Assembly (NCBI RefSeq): GCF_026210795.1 | Contig: NC_089430.1 | Location: 992,001 to 1,056,000, forward strand | Source of the DNA: Rhizophagus irregularis | Taxonomy: Eukaryota | Direction: 5' to 3' | Length of the DNA stretch: 64,000 bases | Part shown: one piece after another, positions 1 to 11,165 of the stretch | Numbering within the stretch: the first letter of the stretch is position 1 | Layout of the letters: every line of letters starts with the position of its first letter | Position numbers and translations under genes: made by a program | The notes under the pieces: model-generated | What the model was told of the DNA's origin: nothing | What the model saw: only the letters and a program-made list of their open reading frames with translations | Databases searched by the model: none

Positions 1-1112
1 ACATACAGGAAGCACAGGTAGATCAAGAGGAAGTGGAGCCAGTTGTTGAGAAACCTGCTGAGGAAAAACCCGCTCCTGTTGAGAAGAAGCCTACTGAAGA
101 GACCAAAAAGACTCCACCACCAGTACCACTTAAGCCCGATTGCTTGAAGGTAAAACCCGCACCTGTCATCAAAGAGGATCCTATTCCTGAGGAATCTCCA
201 GCTCCTATAGAATCAGATACTGATGAACCTATAGATAGCTTCTCGAACTGTTATCTATCTGATGAGGAACCTGATCAAGAAAATGAGCCGCCTGCTGAGG
301 AACCTGCATTTAAAGCTGATGATGACTATGACGTTTTAGATGACTTGCTATCTGACTCAGATTTTACAACTGTGAACCCAGCTCCTGAACAACAACCCGA
401 GTCTCCCGCAGAATTTTCTGCATCTGTCACTAAGCCTGACCCAGAACCGGCTCCTGAAAAACAATACGAGTCTCCCGCAGAATTTTCTGCATCTGTCACT
501 AAGCCTGACCCAGAACCGGCTCCTGAAGAACAACCTATCCCAGAACACGACACAGAACTAGAAGTTGACTGGGACCCTGAACCAAAGGAAGGTACTCGAG
601 CACACTGGGCTTGGCATGAAAGGCACCGATGGGATCGTAAGCCATGGGTCAAGAATTCAAAGGACCAGGTCTTCAATGATCTCTACAATACAGGTAAGGA
701 TTTATGGGCTAAGTACCAAGACGTGTCAGACGACTATGACTGGGAAATACTCGCGTTTGAAGTAGAGGAATGTCCCACAACACGTATTGAGGACGAGTAC
801 CAGTACTACCTTAGGGAGGTAGTAGACCGCTTCAAGGACTGGATAGAATATAATGGGTACTTACCTAAAACACCTAGCCGTAAAGAACTCACAGATCTAA
901 TAAGAGCATATAAGGAGGATCATGATGCCGAGATTATCCCTACCACCTCCGGTTATGAAACTATGAAGATGAATAAGGGTAAAGCACGAGAGATCCCTGA
1001 GGAACGTCCAAAAACTGATATGGAACGTGAATGGGAAGCCGCCAATGGAATTGTCGACGACTGGGATGAAGAGGATCTTGATCGTGTATGCAGCAAGATT
1101 GACTCCTTTTAA
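1..1112 (+). CDS. C-terminal Pro/Glu-rich tail of the putative D5-like primase-helicase of element 1 (5' part outside window)
   Basis: Near-identical to the 3' part of ORF 16170-17705, whose N-terminal part looks like a D5 helicase C-terminal wHTH. Contains a 69-bp internal duplication (399/468). Confidence 0.6.
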   Translation, partial: IQEAQVDQEEVEPVVEKPAEEKPAPVEKKPTEETKKTPPPVPLKPDCLKVKPAPVIKEDPIPEESPAPIESDTDEPIDSFSNCYLSDEEPDQENEPPAEEPAFKADDDYDVLDDLLSDSDFTTVNPAPEQQPESPAEFSASVTKPDPEPAPEKQYESPAEFSASVTKPDPEPAPEEQPIPEHDTELEVDWDPEPKEGTRAHWAWHERHRWDRKPWVKNSKDQVFNDLYNTGKDLWAKYQDVSDDYDWEILAFEVEECPTTRIEDEYQYYLREVVDRFKDWIEYNGYLPKTPSRKELTDLIRAYKEDHDAEIIPTTSGYETMKMNKGKAREIPEERPKTDMEREWEAANGIVDDWDEEDLDRVCSKIDSF

Positions 1113-1195
1113 TAAGATAAGCACTTCTTAGTTATCTTATATTTTTTGTATAAATAACCTATATTACAACTGAACACAATTCATAAATACATCAA

Positions 1196-3075
1196 ATGGT
1201 TTATTCAGAGATTGTCCGTGCTTTACCTACAAGACCGGATATCAAAGAATTACAGTATTCAGGCGCAAGATTTTCCAGAGGAGCAATAGCAAGACTTGGA
1301 CAGCGACTCCAATCCCGGTATCCGACACATAAATTTCAGATTCTGCTCCCCTATGAAGACTGGAAACCCGGTGGATGGACATCAGGAAACCAACCAGCCA
1401 GCCTCTTCTCACTCTTGGACCACTACGACGAAGCACAACTACCGGATGACGCAGACCCTGATTATTTTGAACGATTCATAATTTATGTGAGAGATGCCCC
1501 ACCGGTTGCAGATGGTTGCAACGGGGAGCTAAATGATTGCCTGTATGAATGCCTAAAATATATCTACGGCACATTCTCTAAAATGCCAAAGTCAATCGAA
1601 AAGCCCGAGTATATCAAAAAGGCATTAGGTCTCAATCGTGATGCTCCAGTTCCAGTCTCATATATGGATAAGGTTGAACAACTTGCAGGAAGCCTTGCAC
1701 TTAATATTGTAGGGGATTCCACTCGAATTTCCAAGAGCAAATCTGACAGACGTGCAACACTTATCCTGTCTGAAGGCCACTACTCTCTTGCACTGAATCC
1801 CGGAAGACTCCACCCTAGCAAATTAGATAGAAAACAAAAGTCTCCCTTTGTTTATCGTGAAGATGGGGTTAATAATGTAGTAACAATATACAATGGTAAG
1901 ACAGTTAAGTCTCTTACAGTTGGACAGTTTCAGAAAGGTAAGAACTCTGATAGTTACTCCTTCATCCCTATCGAGAAGAATTGTAAAACTGGAATATATG
2001 AAACACTTGAGGAAACATACCAGAGGATCCATGAAGAGCGGGATTCCTTCCTACAGGCTACAAAGAAGTTCGGTCTAGGAATCGACTTATCTTACCACAA
2101 CTGGTCGTACAAGAGAACTGCACTCTGGCTTTTTGAACGGTTTAGTGTAGGGGTTCCAGCCAATGATCCTCTTGACCCAGTCGAAGCAGAGTGGATAAGT
2201 GATGCAATGATGGGAGGTCTTATCTGGGCAGATAATGAATGGAAGGGCTATGGAAGGCAATACGACGTGACAAGTTTGTATCCAAGTATTCAGCAATCAA
2301 ATGCAAACTTTCCAATCTGACAAGGTAAGTTTCAAATACTCAAAGACTTTGTAGACCATAGAGGTTATGCCTTGTATGGATTATTTCGTGCTAGCTCCCA
2401 GGAGCGCCCAAGGGCAAGATAAGTGGTAATGACATTCTCTTCCGACAGAATAAGAGGGGAGTCTATACATTCATTGACTTACAACGAGCAAAGAAACTTG
2501 GACTCGATATACAGTTAATCCAGGATGGAAAGCCAAATGCCTTGATATATGACAGAGAAGCAAGAATTCCTGGGACTGTAATATTTGGTGAGTATGTCCA
2601 CTTTCTCTTTAATATAAAGAACCAGGGTGGCGTGGCCGGTCGTGTTGCAAAGAGAGTTCTCAATACACTATGGGGAGCATTCTGCCAGAGGAAACGCAAT
2701 TACAAGACACTCACCACAGATCAAACAGATCCATTCAAGTTTCCAGAAGGCCACACACTTGACTCCATCGTACCAGTAGGATCTGACCAGTGGCGATTCC
2801 AGTTCACAAACCCAGGTAGTCCCTTCAAGGATGAGTATCCTAGGATCGCTCCATTCTTATTAGCACATGGACGGAAGATGACTTCAGAGTTATTAGAACC
2901 ATATAAGGATAAAGTACGACGCATCCATACAGATGGATTTATTCTAGAGGAACAGCCGAGTAGTCCTACACTTATCACTTGTCCAGAAAATGCATCCAAA
3001 GCATTGAAAGCTCTCAAGTTTGAAACCGCAGGATACTGCCATGTGAAAAATGCAAACAAGGTTATCTGGATATGA
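1196..3075 (+). pseudogene. Family B DNA polymerase, protein-primed type (Polinton pPolB), disrupted
   Basis: Motifs GG...YDVTSLYPS (A), KRVLNTLWG (B), IHTDGF (C). Premature TGA at 2318 and a ~23-bp insertion at ~2394-2416 relative to copy 2. Confidence 0.85.
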
Positions 3076-3188
3076 TTGCCAAGAATGCGGTTGGGTTTAC
3101 AGTAGGTATATATATTTTTTCTTGCTTGAATGTAAAGTCAATTTGAAGATTCCTATTTATTACAAAGTACAAAAAAGTATAAGGAATT

Positions 3189-3659
3189 ATGTCAACATAT
3201 ACCGAATTAGCAAGCATTATTAACAGCACTGACAGCATTAGTGATAAAGTTATTTATGATGCATCATGCAATCAGTTCACCATTGTTTCTGATGAAACTG
3301 TCTTCAAGATTATCCGTGCATTGAAAGACACTATAGTAGTCGCATTAGTATCTGGGTTTAGCAAAACCAGCTACCTTGTCCAGGATCATGTGAAGTATAT
3401 CAAGCGAATCCAGACGGCAAATTCTCCTGTATCATATGTGAAGTTCGTGGCCAGAAAACTCTTCCCAGATAATGCGGCATATACTGCTAAGATAGCAAAA
3501 ATCTGTGAATCATACAAGAATAAACAAGCTCTCCTAGATAAGCTTGAGGTCCTCTTCGAATTGTATTATAATGCGACTAAGGACTCATCAACCGGTCCCC
3601 CAAAGCGAGCTATTACTAAAAACGAGGCTGAGAAAACCTTAGCAGAACTTCTTGCATAA
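3189..3659 (+). CDS. Hypothetical 156-aa element protein
   Basis: Open ORF conserved in element 2 (19760-20391). Confidence 0.7.
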   Translation: MSTYTELASIINSTDSISDKVIYDASCNQFTIVSDETVFKIIRALKDTIVVALVSGFSKTSYLVQDHVKYIKRIQTANSPVSYVKFVARKLFPDNAAYTAKIAKICESYKNKQALLDKLEVLFELYYNATKDSSTGPPKRAITKNEAEKTLAELLA

Positions 3660-3752
3660 GCGGCTCCTGTACGAATTTAGTTTATATTTTTTATCCATTT
3701 GTAATGTGCATACAGTAATTGAAGATGGCTATAGTATAAGTAACATAACATC

Positions 3753-4151
3753 ATGTTGGACCGATTACCAGTAGAAATAGTCGAACGTATTGTTGCAAAG
3801 ATCCCAGATACTGACCTTATTGCAGCGAGTAAAGTAGATAGTGTGTGGTGGCAGGAGGTTCGTCAAGAAGCATATAAGAGATGGAAAAATTACGCTACTA
3901 CGATCGGGGATGTGTACTGGGAAATCCAGGCTCTTGGAAAGCGGTTTGAAAAGAGGGATATTGAGTGGATGACATTTGAAGATGTAAACGACACCTATAA
4001 AAACTGGATAGACCGCCTCACCGAGGATCAGCTTTATATTATGGAGAAAATGCTTAGGAATGAGATGGTTGTGAACCCCCAAGAAAGGGAAACCATAGAG
4101 CATGCATTAAGTGAACATAGATGGGGAGGCGATCCTTGGGGAGTGGAATGA
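3753..4151 (+). CDS. F-box-like protein
   Basis: N-terminus LDRLPVEIVERIVAKIPDTDLIAASKVDSVW matches the F-box pattern. Conserved in element 2. Confidence 0.7.
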   Translation: MLDRLPVEIVERIVAKIPDTDLIAASKVDSVWWQEVRQEAYKRWKNYATTIGDVYWEIQALGKRFEKRDIEWMTFEDVNDTYKNWIDRLTEDQLYIMEKMLRNEMVVNPQERETIEHALSEHRWGGDPWGVE

Positions 4152-4484
4152 TTGGACTCAACAGGAGTAAGCATTTTGTACTTGACTTTCGTAGGAATTA
4201 CCCTGCAGAGTCATATTTTTTAGATCCGGCCGGCATTACCGCGTAATCCCAAATTACCTAAAAAGGAAATTTATGTTACACAGGGTTCCAAACGCATTCT
4301 TACCAAATCGATTTTTTGTGGAACGGGTATCGCCCAAAAAGGAAATGATCTACGTACCGCATGAAATCACGTGACACTCTACACATTTGTTCAGGGTATC
4401 ACGTGACATGAACTCCGTTCACATTTTCTGTAATACTGTATAATCCATAGTTTTTCCATGAATGCATTCTAGGCCAATAACCCA

Positions 4485-4645
4485 GTAACCTTATCATCAG
4501 GTATCCTTGCATTTTTTCGACAAGGACTGATGACCATGTAACCTTATCATCAGGTATCCTTTCATTTTTTCGACAAGGATTGATGACCATGTAACCTTAT
4601 CATCAGGTATCCTTGCATTTTTTAATAAGGACTGATGACCGTGTC
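4485..4645. repeat. 3 x 53-bp tandem repeat in element intergenic region
   Basis: GTAACCTTATCATCAGGTATCCTT... at 4485, 4538 and 4591. Equivalent array at ~21212-21366. Confidence 0.9.
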
Positions 4646-4705
4646 ACTTGGTTATTGTAAATTGAAGAAAACTATTAGGTATGTAGACACGTACAGAAAA
4701 AAGAC

Positions 4706-5287
4706 ATGTCTTACCCTTATATAGCTAACCCTATAACTGGATGTCCAATTATTATCGGTGGAGATACCTTTAATCGAATAGTTATGGAATCCCATGATTA
4801 TATTGATGGAAGGCTTGTCCGTAGACAAACTGCACCTCCACCTGAAGAGCAACCTGTATATTTGAATACAGATACAGGACGTTATGTTCGACGTGGTACT
4901 AGAACATATCATAGACTGATTGAGAGTGACTATGAGGTAGTTGAGGATTACTACCTTGTCCATTATGAAGAAGAGGCGCTTATAAAGGAAATCATCAATG
5001 AAACACGCTATAATGAGGAAAATCTTGATGGGCAGCGGTTAACTTTCAATGATATACAACAAATCAGGGCCGCTATTCAGGCTGACCAAGATGAATATAA
5101 TGATTTTATCTTACAGCAAGATATGACTAACGGGACACCTTCCTCTGGTCCTTCCGGTCGTCCACGAACTTTGGAGGACCATACCCCGAGACTTGCAGAG
5201 CTTAATATTGAGTTGTGTAGGGAATGTCTCATGCCTGTAAGCCCAAGTGACTTAACGGACAAGTTGTGCAAGGACTGCTCCGAATAG
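4706..5287 (+). CDS. Hypothetical protein with two NPxTGR-type motifs and C-terminal CxxC...CxxC
   Basis: NPITG(C/R)PIIIGGDTFNRI and NTDTGRYVRRGTRTYHRL resemble the viral 2-cysteine-adaptor motif. CRECL...CKDC at the C-terminus. Conserved in element 2. Confidence 0.65.
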   Translation: MSYPYIANPITGCPIIIGGDTFNRIVMESHDYIDGRLVRRQTAPPPEEQPVYLNTDTGRYVRRGTRTYHRLIESDYEVVEDYYLVHYEEEALIKEIINETRYNEENLDGQRLTFNDIQQIRAAIQADQDEYNDFILQQDMTNGTPSSGPSGRPRTLEDHTPRLAELNIELCRECLMPVSPSDLTDKLCKDCSE

Positions 5288-5332
5288 TTACTTAATTTTG
5301 AATAATTCTTTTTTACATAAAGAAAGATAGCC

Positions 5333-5893
5333 ATGTCAACATCAATCGTAATAAACCAATGCCAAAACTGTGGAGTAATCACTCCAAAAACAGCATATAG
5401 AGGATTATCCAGCGTGTTGTATAGACAGATTATAAAGAAGATTGGCGACGAGAGTGAACCTTTACAAGCCTTGGGACTTGCTAGGGATAAGTTAGTTCAG
5501 ATCATTCGTCGGGGAAGTAATGTGGACTTTACACAATTGTTTACACAAAAACTGGATATGAATATTATGGATGGAGAGCCATATGAAGATATTAGGAAGT
5601 GGCTTCTCGAACAGCTTATAGCCATAGGTTATGACAGTGGAGAAATTGCTTTATATCAATTTCTAAGGGATACATATCCAGATGGTATTGACAAGCCTTT
5701 CACTACATTCTATGAGAACTATGTAAATCATATAAGTAATCCAATGACTAAGAACTTTGCTTCTCGTGCTTTAGGAGCAATAGGGTTGAAGGCTAAGATG
5801 TTAAGGATTGACTTTGAAGGCCGTAAAAAAAGTGCTATGATTCTTAGAGCTTCTGCAGACGAATTACTTGATATTCTCACAAGATACTATTAA
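5333..5893 (+). CDS. 186-aa protein with N-terminal CxxC and C-terminal putative winged-helix domain
   Basis: Intact in both elements. C-terminal ~80 aa align by eye to the helicase C-terminal domain at 16260-16500. Confidence 0.7.
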   Translation: MSTSIVINQCQNCGVITPKTAYRGLSSVLYRQIIKKIGDESEPLQALGLARDKLVQIIRRGSNVDFTQLFTQKLDMNIMDGEPYEDIRKWLLEQLIAIGYDSGEIALYQFLRDTYPDGIDKPFTTFYENYVNHISNPMTKNFASRALGAIGLKAKMLRIDFEGRKKSAMILRASADELLDILTRYY

Positions 5894-8800
5894 TCCCTAC
5901 TTGTAATGCTCGATGGTCCATGTGGCTCTTAGAAAAGATTTGTAGAAGGACTTCAATACCTTCTATTATTTGTTTATTATCCAGAGGGCAACTAGACTTC
6001 AGGGCTTCATATCGGGAGAATAACTCCTTCACATTCTCAGTTTTCAGAGTTTCAGTCTTTGCAGTCCTACCCTGTACTTTTGCTAAGAAATCCTGAAAGT
6101 CAGCTCCTAGGGTCTTACCAGAGAGTCCATAAGCTTCCCGAAAGACATATTTAATCCAGGTATCTGCATTCTTGGCTAAGACACCAGGTACAAGTAAATG
6201 TTGACATTCTTTAGGGGATGGAAATACCCGAGCAAATTCAATCAAGTGTCCACCTTTTTTTGCTTCAAATACAGCTTTCTGACCATAGGGACTAAACTTG
6301 GATCGAACTGTGATTGAACTGGGTTCAGACTGAGATCGAACTGGATTCAAACTTGGATCAAACTGAGATTGAACTGAGATCGAACTAGGATTGAACTGAG
6401 ATTGCTCTGTGATCGAACTGAGACTAGTATCCCATCTTACTCGAATGGACAGTGGATCACTTTTGGACCGTCTAAGATCAAACACTACAAATTCACGTTG
6501 CAGAGTAAGATCATCAATTACTGGTGCTAATGACTCTGATTCTTCTGTATATAGGCGGATGATTCTCTTGGTATCTGTAAGGCTCCCATGACCTCCATGC
6601 AGTGAGATGTAGTTAACATTTTCTCGAATAGCCTTCACTGGTCAAAATCTATGCTATCGGGTATATATCGGGCACCTATATATCGGTAATAAATCGGATA
6701 TATATCGGGCAGTTACATATATCGGGTACACATCGGGTACCCAATATATCACCGATACACACTTGTCAAAATCTATGCTATCGGGTATATATCGGGCACC
6801 TATATATCGGTAATAAATCGGATATATATCGGGCAGTTACATATATCGGGTACACATCGGGTACCCAATATATTACCGATACACACTGGTCAAAATCTAT
6901 GCTATCGGTTATATATCGGGCATCTATATATCGGTGAAAAGTGAAATGTTTCGGCATAGTATGTCATATATATGACTTACAGTACGGTATAGGTATGCCC
7001 CGAAATCCATCAGAAAATTGGGATTGAATCCGTTCAATCCGATAATTTTTTTATTATTATACCGAATTTTTTTTTCGGATTTTAATTCAAGCCATAATAT
7101 ATTCATTAGTTTATAGTTTATTATATAGTAATATGAAATTATTTATTAATTTGAACCAAAATAAAATTATTATGTTTGTTTAAAGTAAACCCACCCCACA
7201 CACTACCCATATCCCAATAAAAAAGAAACATTAGTATGTTTCTTCAAAGTAAATTCCGAAACTCCCTACACATTTACCCAATATCCCAAATAATCCAGGA
7301 AGCTGAAATCTACAAAAAAGAATAAAAAAAGAAACGTTAGTATGTTTCTTCAAAGTAAATTCCAAAAGAACCCACCCTCACACACTTACCCAATATCCCA
7401 AATAATCCAAGAATCCAAAATCTACAATTGTAAAAAATAAAAAAAGAAACGTTAGTACGTTTCTTCAAAGTAAATTCCGAAAAAACCCACCCCCACACAC
7501 TTACAAAGAACCCGGAAAGACGAAATCTACAAAAAAGAATAAAAAAAGAAACGTTAGTACATTTCTTCAAAGTAAATTCCGAAAAAACCCACCCCCACAC
7601 ACTTACAAAGAACCCGGGAAGATGAAATCTACAAAAAAAGAATAAAAAGAAACGTAAGTTCGTTTCTTCAAAGTAAATTCTGAAAGAACTCCCACACATT
7701 TACCTAATATCCCAAATAATCCAGGAAGCCGAAATCTACAATAAAGAATAAAAAAGGAAACGTTAGTATGTTTCTTCAAAGTAAATTCCGAAAAAACCCA
7801 CCCCCACACACTTACAAAGAACCCGGGAAGACGAAATCTACAAAAAAGAATAAAAAAAGAAACGTTAGTACGTTTCTTCAAAGTAAATTCCAAAAGAACC
7901 CACCCCACACACTTACCCAATATCCCAAATAATCCAAGAAGCCGAAGTCTACAAAAAAGAATAAAGAGAAACGTTAGAAAAATAAATAAATAAATAAAAA
8001 CAAAAAAGAAACGAAATCCCCTCCTCCTAACTTACCTTCAAGCCGAAATCCAGTTCCAGGAAGGTGTTCCCTTAGAAAAACGAACGTCCTAAGCCGTTTA
8101 AGCCGAATTCCGAAGGGGAAGACCGAAGGAGAATAAAAAATATTTTTTTTTAAAAAAAAAATAAAAAAAAATAGGATTTGACCAGATTATCTGATCAATC
8201 CGGTCAATCCAGTCATCCGTGTAACATCCGATCTAGGATTGCTTGCCGAAACTAGGGTTTCGCAAAATCACCCGAAGTTTCGGTTAGGATCCAATCATTT
8301 ATTGATCGTTGATAATCTAATAAAAATCAATACTTAAAAAAAAAATATTTTATTTTTTATTTTTTTTTGTAGGTCGGACTCCTATTTTTTGTAGAATGCC
8401 GGACCTTGGAGACCAGGACGAACCGTCGAACCAATAAAGGTAATGTGGGAGAAGGAGACCGGGGTTATGTGTTTTACTGTAATTAAGAAACGTTTTTAAC
8501 GTTTCTTTCTTTTTTTTGTAGAACTAGGACGCCGGACTCTTGGAAACGAACCCGGACTTGGAATGTGTGTAAGGAAAGAGGAAGGGTTAATATTAAAGAA
8601 ACATTTTTAACGTTTCTAAAAACGTTTCTTTCTTAATTTTTTTTATAGAACTAGGACGCCGGACTCTTGGAAGCGAACCCGGACTTGGATAATGTAAGGA
8701 ATGGGAAGAGGGGAAATGTTTTTTTAATATTATGTAAAGAAACGTACTTACGTTTCTTTCTTTATTTTTTTGTAGGGCTAGGACGCCGGACTCTTGAAAA

Positions 8801-11134
8801 TGAATCCGGACTTGGATAATGTTAGGAATAGGGGAGGGAATTGGTTTTTTGAATATTAAAGAAACGTACTAACGTTTCTTTCTTTGTTTTTTTGTAGGAC
8901 TAGGACGCCGGACTCTTAGAAGGTGGACTTACACTTGATGTAAGTTGGGTGGGTGTAATGTGTCATGTGTGTTAAATAAGAAACGTTTCTAACGTTTCTT
9001 TCTTCTTTTTGTAGGAAAGCCAGACGAAATTACGAACCGAACTTTTGAGTGAAGGTATTAATGGGAGAGAAATTTACTTCTCTTAGTAATATTACTAATG
9101 TTACATTTTTTTCTTTTATTGTAGGAACGCCAGACGAATTATACGAACCGGACTTTAGTGAAAGGTAAATGGGGAAGGGGAGTTTCACGTTTATTTTTTT
9201 TCCTTAGTAACATTACTTTTTTTTTCTTTTGTAGGTTCTTGGAGTTTCTAAATAAATATTTATTATTTGATATTACGAAAAATCAGTGATTTTACCATGT
9301 TGACTGGTATGCATGATAGGTGACAAATAGGCTACCGATAGGTACCCGATTTGTGACTAATTGGTATATTTAAGTAGGGTTTTGTATTATTTAAAGCGAT
9401 AAAGAGTTTAACTTGCAGTGTAATTCTAGTATAAATAGTATAAATGCATTTTTTTTATTAATTATAATAATCCGGTTAAAATCCATGGCCCAATCAGAAT
9501 TTGTTATTGTAATCAGGCGATTGATCACATGATTTCGGTATTTATATTTCGCACTTTGTTTATTTTTTTTTTCTTTCGTAAAAGCCCTTTCTCTTAAACT
9601 TTTTATTTAAAACAAACTCTTTACTTAGTTATTATGAAATAATATTAATATATATTTTTTTTTTATTTTTATATTTAGAAATAAACATAAAGGTATATTT
9701 TCATTATGCTTGTTTTTTTCTTTTTATATATACATTTTCTATTGACGTTCTAATACTTTTTTTTCTTTTCTCTCACTAATGTTTTCTACCACTTAACATT
9801 TTCTATTAATATTAAATACTACTAACATGTTTTTATTAACATTCTCCTATTAACATTTTCTATTTTACTAACTTTTCTTTCTTCCTACTAACATTTTTAC
9901 TAATATTTTCTATATTTACCACTAACGTTTTTATTAACATTTCTATTTTATTTTCTCCTATTAATTAATATACTTACTAATATTTTCACTGATATTTCTT
10001 TTAAATAATAAACAGATATAACAAAACAAGCAAAGAGGTAATTTTATTATCATTGCTACTTTCAGTAGAACTTAACATATTACATAGTATAATTATGTTC
10101 AACTTTATTTGATTTTACGTAGCAGATAGTGTAAGATTTGTATTATTGCTTTTATGTAAATAAATTTATAAATTTTAATAAAATTGAATTTCATTTAGCC
10201 CAAATTAAAATAAAAAAAAGAGATATAAATCTATTAGTTTTAATATGAAATTGTCAAACGTATACAATAAAAATATATATTACCAATATTTTACATATTT
10301 TACTACCCGATATATGTGTGTTAAATGTATGATATCTATAATATATATCACTGATATTTTACTACACGATATGTGTGTGTTAAATGTATGATATCTATAA
10401 GATATGTCACTGATATTTTACTACCCGATATGTGTGTGTTAAATGTATGATATCTATAAGATATGTCACTGATATTTGACTACCCGATATGTGTAAGATG
10501 TATATATGATGTTTACATGATGTGTCACCGATTTTCTACATTTATACTACACATATCAGGTACCAGATATGTGTAGTATTGTTAAATATCATACACATAT
10601 ATTACATATATTATACACATATCAGGTACCCGATATGTATCCAATAGCACCAATTTTGACCAGTGCTTAGGAATGGCAAAGAATCTTTGAGCTACATAAA
10701 TACATGAAATATTTTTGTGTCGTCCATGTGTAAAGTAACCAGTGATGAGATCCTGGATTTTTTTAGGTGCATCCATCAGATCCTCGAAGATTACCACAGT
10801 AGCTTGAGTAGGGTCAAAGGAGTCAATCTCTGGAATCTCACTATGGGTTACTGCAGTGAATGGGATCTTCTCCTCTTCGAAAAAAATCATGTACAACTGC
10901 CCACTTCGGCTCGTCAAGATATCTGCCAACTAAAAGTACTGCATCACATAGTACATACCGATTACCATCCTCCTTTGCTTTCTTGTCACCCATTAACAAA
11001 TTAATGATCATAGTTGTCTTACCTGAGTCTGAGCTACCTGCTACGGCTAATCGAAAGGGCCATGATGGAGCAAACTCATTGCCTTGTCTTGAGTCGGTCG
11101 TGTATTCGTCCAAATTGTATACATAAAGATCCAT
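5877..11134 (-). pseudogene. A32-like (FtsK/HerA) packaging ATPase of element 1, split by a CACTA insertion and frameshifted
   Basis: Halves 10666-11134 and 5877-6635 rejoin to match the intact 22606-23829 copy. Confidence 0.9.
6636..10665. mobile_element. Non-autonomous CACTA/EnSpm-type DNA transposon (4030 bp)
   Basis: TIR CACTGGTCAAAAT...ATTTTGACCAGTG and 3-bp TSD CTT (6633-6635, 10666-10668). Empty site visible in element 2 (~23360). Subterminal repeats present; no transposase. Confidence 0.92.
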
Positions 11135-11165
11135 TTGAATTTTATTCTAACTTAGTTTAAATACT

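Noticed and set aside
7337..7920. Hydrophobic repeat ORFs (also 47556-48012, 42370-42687, 50098-50411)
   Set aside because: Translations of tandem or low-complexity repeats, or alternative frames of real exons.
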